From the NCBI GenBank assembly GCA_045105515.1, contig JBGCDR010000009.1, positions 1 to 19,100 of the forward strand: a DNA stretch of 19,100 nt. The letters are read 5' to 3'. Position 1 is the first letter of the stretch. The number at the start of each line of letters is the position of its first letter. The DNA is from Oligoflexales bacterium. Lineage in GTDB: Bacteria; Bdellovibrionota_B; Oligoflexia; Oligoflexales; Bog-1112. Both the position numbers and the translations under genes were made by a program. Positions 8,763 through 17,237 of this stretch are shown piece after piece. The notes beneath the pieces are model-generated. The model made no database searches. It was not told where the DNA came from and was given only the letters and a program-made list of their open reading frames with translations.

Positions 8763-10013
8763 GTGAATATGCTTTCTGAAGATTTTATAGAACAAGAACT
8801 AGAGTTACCCCTTTTGGTGTATGGAGGTAAACTTGAACTTCTCAGCTTACCTAAACAAGTAAAATTAATAGCTGGGGGAGCAGACATAATTCATGACCGG
8901 CCTTATATTTGCTTATGCCTGTGGGATGGCTTTATTCCTGATAAAATAGCTTTGTTCTATGAGTTAATCCGTAAACAACACCAGGTTTTTAGTAGAATTG
9001 TGGTATATGCAAATAAATCGGATATTACAAAAGAACACCACTATTTTTTTAGAGAACTAGGTGTGGATCAGCTTGTTTATTTAACTCCTGACCATTCATC
9101 TATTGAACATTATATTAGCGAACGAGTTTTTGAAGCAGAAAAGATAGGATCAGACTATGGTTATACCTACCAGATTGGACACTTAATTGAGTCTAAAAAT
9201 TTAGACAAGCTCCAAGAAGAATTAAACAAATTTGTTATCGTAGAGTTGCTTAACCCAAAAACTTTTCTTATGATCAAAGCGCTGTTGATTCTCGGACAGC
9301 GTTTTACTGCTAAAACTCTCCTAAAACAGCTCTTAGCTGCTGATCCTCAGTGCCTTTGGGCAGCACACCAGCTATCAATGGCCTATTTGAAGGATTCCGA
9401 ATATGGTAACATGCTTGAGCTTATGGAAAGGCTTAATTGTTATCATAAACTCAATCCTCAAAGGGATTATTACCTTGGGAATATTCATTTTCACTTGGAA
9501 GATTATGAACGTTCATTATCTTATTTTCGTAATGCTAGAAAGCGGTTTCCTCAATTTGCCTCCAGATTTGATGAAGGGGTTGCTAAAAACTTGCTCGCTC
9601 TTGATCTTGAAATAGAAACAGTTAAACGAATTCTTACGGGAAAGACTTTTAGTGATGACTTTGTAGATTTTTTGAGTGCTTATGCACAGCGCTTTTTTGC
9701 CAAATCTAAATTCAAGCAGTCTTTGCGCTTGCTCAAGCTTGGATTAAGTTGTAGTCGTGGTGATTTTTTTCATGAGCGAATTACCTATAATTTGAGCCTC
9801 GTGTTTGGCAAGCTTGGTGAACGTCAAGCTTGTGAAGAATATTTTAAAAAACTTCTTCAATTTAAAGGCAGTAAAATCCCAGAAACAGAGGCCTTTAAAA
9901 AAATATTAGACAATGCCCATGGCGATAGTAATCAAGATTGGAAACAGGCATTGAGCGGCTTAAAACTAAGTTTACTTAGCTTTTCACCTCGAATTCATGA
10001 TGAGAAACTATAA
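8763..10013 (+). CDS. TPR-repeat protein with a possible degenerate N-terminal receiver-like domain
   Basis: TPR-like units include QLLAADPQCLWAAHQLSMAYL, YYLGNIHFHLEDYERSLSYFRNA and YNLSLVFGKLGERQACEEYFKKLL. GGGAG Shine-Dalgarno precedes the start. Confidence 0.8.
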   Translation: MNMLSEDFIEQELELPLLVYGGKLELLSLPKQVKLIAGGADIIHDRPYICLCLWDGFIPDKIALFYELIRKQHQVFSRIVVYANKSDITKEHHYFFRELGVDQLVYLTPDHSSIEHYISERVFEAEKIGSDYGYTYQIGHLIESKNLDKLQEELNKFVIVELLNPKTFLMIKALLILGQRFTAKTLLKQLLAADPQCLWAAHQLSMAYLKDSEYGNMLELMERLNCYHKLNPQRDYYLGNIHFHLEDYERSLSYFRNARKRFPQFASRFDEGVAKNLLALDLEIETVKRILTGKTFSDDFVDFLSAYAQRFFAKSKFKQSLRLLKLGLSCSRGDFFHERITYNLSLVFGKLGERQACEEYFKKLLQFKGSKIPETEAFKKILDNAHGDSNQDWKQALSGLKLSLLSFSPRIHDEKL

Positions 10014-10048
10014 TTAAATCTCCTGTTTTTACCTCTTTGTGCAAGTGA

Positions 10049-11074
10049 ATGAAAGGATCGATTATGGGAAAATGGCCATTTCTATTTTTGTTTGTGATTG
10101 CTTTTTGTCTGGGAGCTTATGCATGGAGGGTATTTCACACCAATCATAGTATTGAAAGAGGAGCGGATCTGCGTCGAAGATTGCAAAATAGCCACCAAAA
10201 AGTTTTAGTGGAGATTGAAGGGGCTCAGATTAGCAAAGATGATGTTGCATTTGAGTACGATCTTCTTACTAAAGGTTTGGTTAATGCAGAGCGCCTCGAT
10301 ATGACACCCATTCCAGATTTTGGAGACAGATTTGATGAAGAACTGATATCGTTGAAGGAAACCATTCTCAATAGCCTAGTTGAGAGAACCATGCTTTACC
10401 AGCTTGTGAAGCAGGATAAAAGTTTCAATCTGGCAGATGCGAATCGATATGTCGATTGCTTACAGGATTGGGCTAAAACCTTAGAAGCTGAAGAGGGTTT
10501 GTTCGAAAGTCGTGAAAATCAAGACCGGCTTAAGGCGAGGCTGTGTGAGCAGAGCATATTATCTCAGTATCTAGAGGAGAAGGTCTATAGCTCAGTTGTG
10601 GTGGATGAAAGTCTGCTTTTAGAATATTTTAGAAATAATCGAGATGAGTTTGCTGTTCCGGCAATGGTAAGAATCCGCCAGATTGTTCTTGCTGATGAAC
10701 GGCAGGCTCGAAAAATACGAGCAAAAGTTAACCGTAGTAATTTTAAACGCTTAGCTAGAGATCATTCGATCACTCCAGAAGCCGATGAGGGCGGTCTTTT
10801 ACCACCTTTTCCAATTGGCTATGGTATGCCGCGCTTTTTTGAGGTAGCTTTTTCCATGCGACCTGGGCAAATCAGTAATATTCTGAAGTCGACATACGGC
10901 TTTCATATTATTATGCTCGAAAAGAAGATTAAGCCTAGGGAGCTAAGTTTTGTAAAAGCGGCAGCTCAGGTGAAAGAAAAGCTTGTTGAAAAAGAGAAAG
11001 AAAGGGCATATCAAAAATGGGTCGATCTTGCACTTCATTCCATCAAAGTGAGTACACCCAAGGTATTTTGGTAG
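10049..11074 (+). CDS. PpiC/parvulin-type peptidyl-prolyl cis-trans isomerase with a SurA-N-like domain and an N-terminal membrane anchor
   Basis: Parvulin motifs VRIRQIVL, FKRLARDHSITPEADEGGLL and GQISNILKSTYGFHII. The start may be the ATG at 10064, which follows AAAGGA. Confidence 0.9.
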   Translation: MKGSIMGKWPFLFLFVIAFCLGAYAWRVFHTNHSIERGADLRRRLQNSHQKVLVEIEGAQISKDDVAFEYDLLTKGLVNAERLDMTPIPDFGDRFDEELISLKETILNSLVERTMLYQLVKQDKSFNLADANRYVDCLQDWAKTLEAEEGLFESRENQDRLKARLCEQSILSQYLEEKVYSSVVVDESLLLEYFRNNRDEFAVPAMVRIRQIVLADERQARKIRAKVNRSNFKRLARDHSITPEADEGGLLPPFPIGYGMPRFFEVAFSMRPGQISNILKSTYGFHIIMLEKKIKPRELSFVKAAAQVKEKLVEKEKERAYQKWVDLALHSIKVSTPKVFW

Positions 11075-12021
11075 AAAAACCTTGGATAAGAAACTTACAC
11101 CTATTTTTGTGGCTTTTACTAAGCTCCAGTTCTTACGGCAGGACTTTAGTCGATCGGGTGGTCGCTGAAGTTAACTCACGCCCTATTTTACACAGTGAGG
11201 TCACCGAAAAAGTTGAAGGTGGCCCATTAGTAAAAATTTCAAGCTTCCCGGCTAAACAGGGGGATCCGGACCAGGAGCATGCTCTTCAAGATGCCATCAA
11301 TCTAGAGCTAGTCCTTGCTCATGCCGAGTTTTTGGAAATTAGTGTGAGTGAGGAAGAAATTCAAAGTCAGATAGACCGGGTTTTACAGTCTAACAATATT
11401 GATCTTCCACAGCTTAAGCAATTCCTGGCTCGGGAGGGAAAAAGTTACGAAGTGTATGAAAGGGATATGTACGATCAGATCCTGTTTATGCGTTTTCGTG
11501 GACGTGTTCTAATGCCTCTAGTCAAGATTACGGATAAAGATGTTGAGTCCTATTACCTTAAAAAGGAGGGGCCTTCTAGCGAAGCCCTCAGTGTGTCCAT
11601 TAGAAAAATCTTATTCTCGATTCCCGAAGGAGCGCAGTCCAGTTTTGTAGAGCAAAAGCAAAAACTTGCAGGCGATGTTTATGAAAAGCTAACAAATGGA
11701 ATGGATTTTGTTGAAGCTGAAAAGATTTATTCAGATAGCAAGTTAAGAAAACCAGCAGTATTTAAGCTGGCCCATCTTGATAAGAACATAGCAAAAGTAG
11801 TCAAGCCTTTGGATGAGAAAGAATTTGCTGAGCCTCTTAGATTAAAAAATGGCATCTATATCTTCTACTTAGAATCAAAACAATTTGCAGATAATACTGA
11901 CTTTTTGGCAAAGAAAGAGAAACTTGAGTTCGAGTTGCGTCAAAAGGAGTTGGCTGAGCAGATGCAGCGCTGGCTTAAGGAGCAAAGACAGAAATCAAAA
12001 ATTAGGGTTATTGAGGGATAG
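11068..12021 (+). CDS. surA: SurA-like periplasmic chaperone (SurA N-terminal domain plus a degenerate parvulin domain)
   Basis: Signal peptide followed by VDRVVAEVNSRPILHSEV, ISVSEEEI and VKITDKDVESYY. The likely start is the TTG at 11068, overlapping the upstream stop (the ORF track gives 11017). Confidence 0.8.
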   Translation: MVEKPWIRNLHLFLWLLLSSSSYGRTLVDRVVAEVNSRPILHSEVTEKVEGGPLVKISSFPAKQGDPDQEHALQDAINLELVLAHAEFLEISVSEEEIQSQIDRVLQSNNIDLPQLKQFLAREGKSYEVYERDMYDQILFMRFRGRVLMPLVKITDKDVESYYLKKEGPSSEALSVSIRKILFSIPEGAQSSFVEQKQKLAGDVYEKLTNGMDFVEAEKIYSDSKLRKPAVFKLAHLDKNIAKVVKPLDEKEFAEPLRLKNGIYIFYLESKQFADNTDFLAKKEKLEFELRQKELAEQMQRWLKEQRQKSKIRVIEG

Positions 12022-12067
12022 TTATCCTTTAGTTTTAAGTTGCCGCACCTATTATGGAGAAAGTTAG

Positions 12068-12095
12068 TTGACATCTTTTTTGCTTTGAGTATCCT
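12068..12095 (+). promoter_or_regulatory. Sigma-70 promoter of tRNA-His
   Basis: TTGACA (12068-12073), a 16-bp spacer, then TATCCT (12090-12095), ending 15 nt before the tRNA. Confidence 0.75.
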
Positions 12096-12110
12096 ACACG
12101 ACGTTGCTGT

Positions 12111-12187
12111 GGTGGGTATGGCGAAGTGGTTAACGCACCGGATTGTGATTCCGGCATTCGTGGGTTCAAGTCCCATTACCCACCCCA
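12111..12187 (+). tRNA. tRNA-His (anticodon GTG)
   Basis: 8-bp acceptor stem GGTGGGTA/TACCCACC including the G-1:C73 His identity pair. Anticodon arm CCGGA-TTGTGAT-TCCGG, T-loop TTCAAGT and an encoded CCA end. Confidence 0.98.
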
Positions 12188-12589
12188 TCATCTTTCAAAT
12201 TTCTGAGCAAAATATCTAAACGCTCCTTTGCAATTCAAGAGTCTGCCTCTATTTTCATCATGAAGAAAAATTTCCTTTTTAGCTTTAGTTATCAAACCAA
12301 AAAATTTGCCCATACTGGTAGGTAGCTATTACTCGAAGATGTTATTAATTATTGATTTTGTAGCACCGAAGTTTAGTAGGTTAACACATCTATTTTACGA
12401 GTTTTTTCTATATGTGAAACTATCTTCCTATATTTTTATCCGTATAACAATTGCCTAGACTCGGCATTATCTTCTCTAATCTTCTAGGGAATTTTGCAGA
12501 CTTAAACGATAAGGCTATACTTTGATTTAGAAACTTATTTTCTTCTAATGGTTCCATATGTGCTTGATGAAGAACAATGAGGAAATTGA

Positions 12590-13201
12590 ATGTTAGATAA
12601 ATACAAAAAGAATCGTTTAAGCCTGTTACTGTGTGCAAGTATCTTTGTTGTTAACACCTGTGTTGGCGAATCTGATCCGGATGAACCTTCTGGAATTTGT
12701 CCTATTAATTGTGGAGATGCAAAACTACCTAGCAATGATATGCGGGTACGCTTTCTGTTTCCAAATGGTATTAATAATGCGGAATTCCAAATTAATTGCG
12801 GTGGTGGGCCATTTGAAATGGAATTACCTGTACGATTTGTAGTAGAAAAACCAAGACAAGTGCTGCCAGCTGAACAAACAAATGGAGAAGTTCTTGGAGG
12901 TAGTAAAGCAGAAAACACCACCGATACTGCTGCATGGGTTCCTGTGTCGGGAGTTTCTTTTGTACCATTAATGACCTTTGGTGGGCCTGTTGAAACAGTT
13001 GTCCCTTTACCTGGAGATAATCAATACGTTGGAATTGCAACTCCGCCTTCAGAATGGTGTACGGATGCTTGTGGAGTCGGGGCGATTAAAACCCGGGTAT
13101 ACTGCCCAGGTACTGGTGGAAATGATGTGATTGTAGGTATCACCAGCGGAAGCCTATGGGGTACGGCAAATTTTCAAATAGAAGCTGAAGACGAGGAGTG
13201 A
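12590..13201 (+). CDS. Cys-rich putative lipoprotein, probably with an Ig-like (Big_1/invasin-like) beta-sandwich
   Basis: GAGG Shine-Dalgarno and a signal peptide ending VVNTC. CPINC and CTDAC motifs are present, with the pattern PVSGVSF...TDxxGxxxI...VIVGITSGS..GTANFQI. Confidence 0.7.
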   Translation: MLDKYKKNRLSLLLCASIFVVNTCVGESDPDEPSGICPINCGDAKLPSNDMRVRFLFPNGINNAEFQINCGGGPFEMELPVRFVVEKPRQVLPAEQTNGEVLGGSKAENTTDTAAWVPVSGVSFVPLMTFGGPVETVVPLPGDNQYVGIATPPSEWCTDACGVGAIKTRVYCPGTGGNDVIVGITSGSLWGTANFQIEAEDEE

Positions 13202-13369
13202 CTTATTTGTCAATGCTACAGCTTTTAAGCTTGATGCCCATTGTTTCAGGTCGAGGAATTCATAAATATTATAATATCGCGGTGATTATGACTGATTTTT
13301 CGATGTCATGACTTCTTATCAAGATTTTAATCTAAGACAATAATTATTGTTGGTATTCTGCTGGATGGC

Positions 13370-14023
13370 TTAATCTTTCGTAGTACTAGTACTGCTTGCA
13401 GATATAAGGTCATTTTCTACGGTTTGGCTAAGCTTGAAAAGGATTTGCCAGTAGACTGGATTTTTTTGAATCATAAGTAACTCTTTTTGGTATGATTTGC
13501 GGAATCTTAAAATAAAATTCTTGAGCAATATCTCATCATTTAGAGAGTACATAGTAGTAAGAGAATGATTGAAGCTTGTATTCATAAATTTTTTCCAAAC
13601 ATTTTCCCAGTCTTTAGACCAATTTGCAGTTTTTAAATTAAAATGGGTCATTGCAGGGAATCTTCCTGTTCTATATTCCATATATGTAAAGTAGAGAATC
13701 TGTTTGTGTGAAGATTTCTTGTTTCCTAGATATTTTTCAATCCTGTTCATCAGTATACTCTTGTGCCTATTTATTAAGCTGCCGATTTCCGCCATGTTCA
13801 TGTTATCGGTATTTGGACTAAGGTCTTTTAAAATTACATCATAGAGATTTGTTTGGTAAATTGGATGGAGCTTTGAATATAAGAATGAGGTTCTCTCAAT
13901 TTCCATCTCTAGTAGGAGAAGGTTACGAGCAATTTCGTAAGAACTTATAGCCTGATTTCCTGCGTAGATTCTAGATGCCATTAAGCTGAAAAGTGAAATT
14001 AGTATTAAAAAATTTCTTGTCAA
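13370..14023 (-). CDS. Secreted helical hypothetical protein
   Basis: 217-aa ORF with a TTG start after AGAGGG and a signal peptide (MTRNFLILISLFSLMASRIYA|G). Confidence 0.7.
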   Translation of the reverse strand: MTRNFLILISLFSLMASRIYAGNQAISSYEIARNLLLLEMEIERTSFLYSKLHPIYQTNLYDVILKDLSPNTDNMNMAEIGSLINRHKSILMNRIEKYLGNKKSSHKQILYFTYMEYRTGRFPAMTHFNLKTANWSKDWENVWKKFMNTSFNHSLTTMYSLNDEILLKNFILRFRKSYQKELLMIQKNPVYWQILFKLSQTVENDLISASSTSTTKD

Positions 14024-14651
14024 TTGAGCTTCCCTCTATATCATTCAAAAATAGGATCTTTTTTATTTAGCTTAGCAGCTAGTCGCATGAGTTTGCATTA
14101 ATAAAGCAATAATAAGAATCTTTCACTATCTTCTATCTCTTGGCCATAAAATATCCTGTTTTGCTTACATAATTAAAGTAGGCTATTCTCTTATGCCTTA
14201 CTAATGTTATCACCTAATTTTATACCAAAATTATTATAAGAATTTTTATTTTTATTTCCATGAAGACATACCCATACATAAACTATGCCCTTATGTTTGG
14301 GGGCAATAGGTTTGAATATTTTCTGGAACTATATAATATGTTTAAGCTAATAAATTTGCTACTTACCTTAAAATCCATCTATGAAATCGTTAAAAGATTA
14401 AGCCTAAATCTTTAAATAACCTAAAAAAATTAAGACCATAGATAAAATTCATTTAAATCTTGAAAAACCTAAATAAAGTATAGCTATCAACATATCCCAT
14501 ATTCTTTTTTTTTTAAAACGATCATTTAGACCTTGAATATCAAATTGAGATTCGTTAGAGATAAAACGATCGCTACTTAAATAGAAGCTAAATAAAATTT
14601 TTATTGAAATATAGTTAGTCAAAAAATGTAATTTGCACGTTAGGAAATATC

Positions 14652-15977
14652 GTGGACATTCAAATTTCGAATAAAAACCTCAATAAAATTATATGGAAAA
14701 ACTTAGCTTTTGGGATCGTTCTTTTAATTAATCCACTACAAGGTCAAGCAGGAGTTGAGAACCTAGGTGAAACCATCGTAAATTGGAAAACCAAAAAACT
14801 TGCGCAGCCATTGGTTTATACTATTCCCACCGAATCTCTATATAAAAAAGAACAAAACAAAGAAGGTATAAACAATACGAATTTAATTTATTCCATAGGT
14901 ATTGGCACTTCTGAGCGCAGTAGGATTATTGCTGAGCAAGAAGGGGAAATGATCAAAGCAGTTCTTTCTCGAGGGAGATCAAAGAAAGCATTTAAGAATA
15001 TCTTGCGGCAAAGGTTTTTAGAGATGTTTACTTGGTTTCCTAAAAAAGCTGTAGAAAAACGCCACAAAAAGTTGATTGATGCAATCAATGGTCTCGGAGC
15101 TAGCGTACATGAAAGTGTTACTTTCAAAAATTACCTCAAATATACAAAAATTGATATGCCTGTGATGAAAGGTTTGAAGGCAGATAAGATATCTTTAGAT
15201 TGGGAATATCGACCAAATGTTACCTTAGATAAAGTTTTGCATGATATCAAGATAGGTGGCATAGAAAATATAATCTTCATAGTTCATGGTGACGAAAATG
15301 GGTATATTTATGATGTTGAAGGCAATCGTTTTGATGAAACCTTTTTCAATCTGATTGGCCCTGAATTGAGATCTATAGCTTTCTATTCTTGTCATGGTGA
15401 TAAACTGGTTTCTGCATACAAGCTATTAAATATAGAACCGAAGTCTATGATTGCGGACCGAATGGTTTTTACTGTTCCACCATCAGAAAAATTTAATGGG
15501 GATGCCTTAAGTCTAAGTTCTGGAATAAAATACTTTATTAGAGCTGTAGATTCTGAGTTATTTCTTTCCAAGACTGCGGAAGTTAAATTCGAGGATCATA
15601 GTGGAGTCGAGAATAAAAGTGCCTATATAGATCCTGCTATATGTAGTTTGGATATATCAGGATTTGACTCAATGAAATCGATTTTTACAGCAAGACTCAA
15701 TAGGCAGATTGTCGGTGCTTTTCGTGGGAAAAACCCACGGGTAAACTTTGATTGTGGATTACTTAAAGAAAATGAATTAAATACGATTATACTTTCGAAT
15801 CCACATAAAAATCAAGATCTACAGGGACATATATTTCTTCAGAATCAAGATATTAAAATCGAAATATCAAAACAAAATAGGCCATATCATCTCGATGTGA
15901 CCTATAAAAATTTTGGAAAAAATTCTAATAAAAAAATTTATAGAAGTTCTAAAATTCAGTTCACGATTGCAAATTAA
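14652..15977 (+). CDS. Secreted protein with a predicted caspase-hemoglobinase-fold (clan CD-like) His/Cys dyad and a C-terminal beta-sandwich
   Basis: Signal peptide ending LQGQA|G. IIFIVHG (H212) and LRSIAFYSCHG (C247) each follow a hydrophobic strand. The CDS call is confident and the functional call is an inference. Confidence 0.65.
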   Translation: MDIQISNKNLNKIIWKNLAFGIVLLINPLQGQAGVENLGETIVNWKTKKLAQPLVYTIPTESLYKKEQNKEGINNTNLIYSIGIGTSERSRIIAEQEGEMIKAVLSRGRSKKAFKNILRQRFLEMFTWFPKKAVEKRHKKLIDAINGLGASVHESVTFKNYLKYTKIDMPVMKGLKADKISLDWEYRPNVTLDKVLHDIKIGGIENIIFIVHGDENGYIYDVEGNRFDETFFNLIGPELRSIAFYSCHGDKLVSAYKLLNIEPKSMIADRMVFTVPPSEKFNGDALSLSSGIKYFIRAVDSELFLSKTAEVKFEDHSGVENKSAYIDPAICSLDISGFDSMKSIFTARLNRQIVGAFRGKNPRVNFDCGLLKENELNTIILSNPHKNQDLQGHIFLQNQDIKIEISKQNRPYHLDVTYKNFGKNSNKKIYRSSKIQFTIAN

Positions 15978-15985
15978 TTTTACCA

Positions 15986-16008
15986 ATTTCCCTAGATTTT
16001 AGGGAAAT
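15986..16008 (+). other. Intergenic 9-bp perfect hairpin (partial terminator, mRNA stabiliser or operator)
   Basis: ATTTCCCTA-gattt-TAGGGAAAT. Confidence 0.55.
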
Positions 16009-16035
16009 ATTAACAATAATGTTTAGGAGTCCGAC

Positions 16036-16521
16036 ATGAAAATCAAGGAAATAGTTGCACCCGTACTTTGTTCGGTATTGTTGAACGGCGCTGTTATGAG
16101 CACTTCAGCTCAAGCTGGTGTGATTGGTGGTATTGGGATCATTGCAGCTTCACAAGGCGCAGATGAAAACGCAAAAGCACTTGGTTCTTTAGCTGGTGCT
16201 TTAGTTGTAGGTGGTGGTATCGCATTTGGTGTTTCATACCTTGCTCTTGTTGCAACTATCGATACTCCTGCTGCGATCTTAGGCTCTACTATCATTGTAC
16301 TTGATGACAAAAGTGTTAACGAAATCAGTGCAAACCTGCCTTTTTTGAAGCCTGCAGAGGTCGGTGAGCTAAAAGACTTAATCAACTCTAAACTAGTTGA
16401 CTTTGATGTAAACGACAAAATCAAAGTAGAAGTTTCTAGTGATGAAGTTCTTGATGTTATGGAAAAAGGTGATTACTCTAATGCTCAGTTGGATGCTGCT
16501 GTAGAATTCTTAAGCCATTAA
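16036..16521 (+). CDS. Small secreted or membrane protein with Gly/Ala-rich hydrophobic segments and an acidic C-terminal domain
   Basis: AGGAG Shine-Dalgarno and a signal peptide ending SAQA|G. Hydrophobic runs GVIGGIGIIAAS and ALGSLAGALVVGGGIAFGVSYLALVATI. Codons are rich in ATC/AAC/GAC/GGT/GCT. Confidence 0.85.
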   Translation: MKIKEIVAPVLCSVLLNGAVMSTSAQAGVIGGIGIIAASQGADENAKALGSLAGALVVGGGIAFGVSYLALVATIDTPAAILGSTIIVLDDKSVNEISANLPFLKPAEVGELKDLINSKLVDFDVNDKIKVEVSSDEVLDVMEKGDYSNAQLDAAVEFLSH

Positions 16522-16564
16522 TTTGTTGGTTTTTGAGTCGCATGAATTTTTCATTATTCTTTAA

Positions 16565-16601
16565 GGGGCCTAGTTCATAGGCTCCAACCATTTTCTCTTT
16601 T
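16565..16601 (+). terminator. Probable intrinsic terminator
   Basis: GGGGCCTA-gttca-TAGGCTCC stem (one G-U pair), followed after a few nt by a pyrimidine/T-rich tract. Confidence 0.45.
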
Positions 16602-16865
16602 CCTCTTATTTATGGTGTCTTAAGATTAAATTTAAAATTGAGTTTTTATGGTTGAACTTGTTATTCAAATTTTGATGCTTACTTATCCCATAAGATGAAA
16701 TACTTGGTTCCATAATTCTATCATTTATAAGAGTCATCTCATTAAACTGATCACTTTACTCGAAAAACTTAATATCACACACTTTAAAAAAAATAGGCTT
16801 GTTTCAGGCTTAACATCGCTTGCAACTGAGATTGGTTTTCCGATTGTAGAAATGATAATGGGCTC

Positions 16866-17237
16866 TTAATTGAGCCCTTCTTCTTTAATCTTGTTTAGTG
16901 ATTTATTGATATATTGTTTGAGAATTTGAGGGTTAAATGGTTTTTGTAAAAATAGGTTTGCTCCAAACTCAAATGCCGTTTCAGGTTCCACGGAAGAACC
17001 TGAAACTACAAATATTGGGTTTTTAAAATTTGATCGAAGATTGGTTATCAATTCTAATCCGTTCATCCCAGGCATAATAATATCAGTGATGATTAAATCG
17101 GAGTCTTTTGCTTTTTCCATCCCATCGATGCCATTTTCGGCTTCTATAACACAAAAATCTTTTTTTAAACTGTGATGGAGGAACTCGCGAAATGTATCAT
17201 CGTCATCGATAATCAGAATTTTATACTTCTGGCTCAT
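16866..17237 (-). CDS. Stand-alone response regulator receiver (CheY-like) protein
   Basis: ILIIDDD, LIITDIIMPGMNGLEL (phospho-acceptor Asp), VVSG and FLQKPF. The ATG at 17237 has a GAGGTG Shine-Dalgarno (the ORF track starts at 17261). Confidence 0.93.
   Translation of the reverse strand: MSQKYKILIIDDDDTFREFLHHSLKKDFCVIEAENGIDGMEKAKDSDLIITDIIMPGMNGLELITNLRSNFKNPIFVVSGSSVEPETAFEFGANLFLQKPFNPQILKQYINKSLNKIKEEGLN

Noticed and set aside
12160..12187. att site or prophage at tRNA-His
   Set aside because: No second copy of the tRNA 3' end and no integrase or phage gene were seen in the window.
11885..12191. ORFs 11885-12067 (+) and 11940-12191 (-)
   Set aside because: They are shadow frames overlapping surA, the tRNA promoter and tRNA-His.
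14070..14130. Signal-peptide-like fragment (KILIIALLMQTHATSC) on the minus strand
   Set aside because: It has no in-frame start and stops immediately. It could be a gene remnant but cannot be supported.
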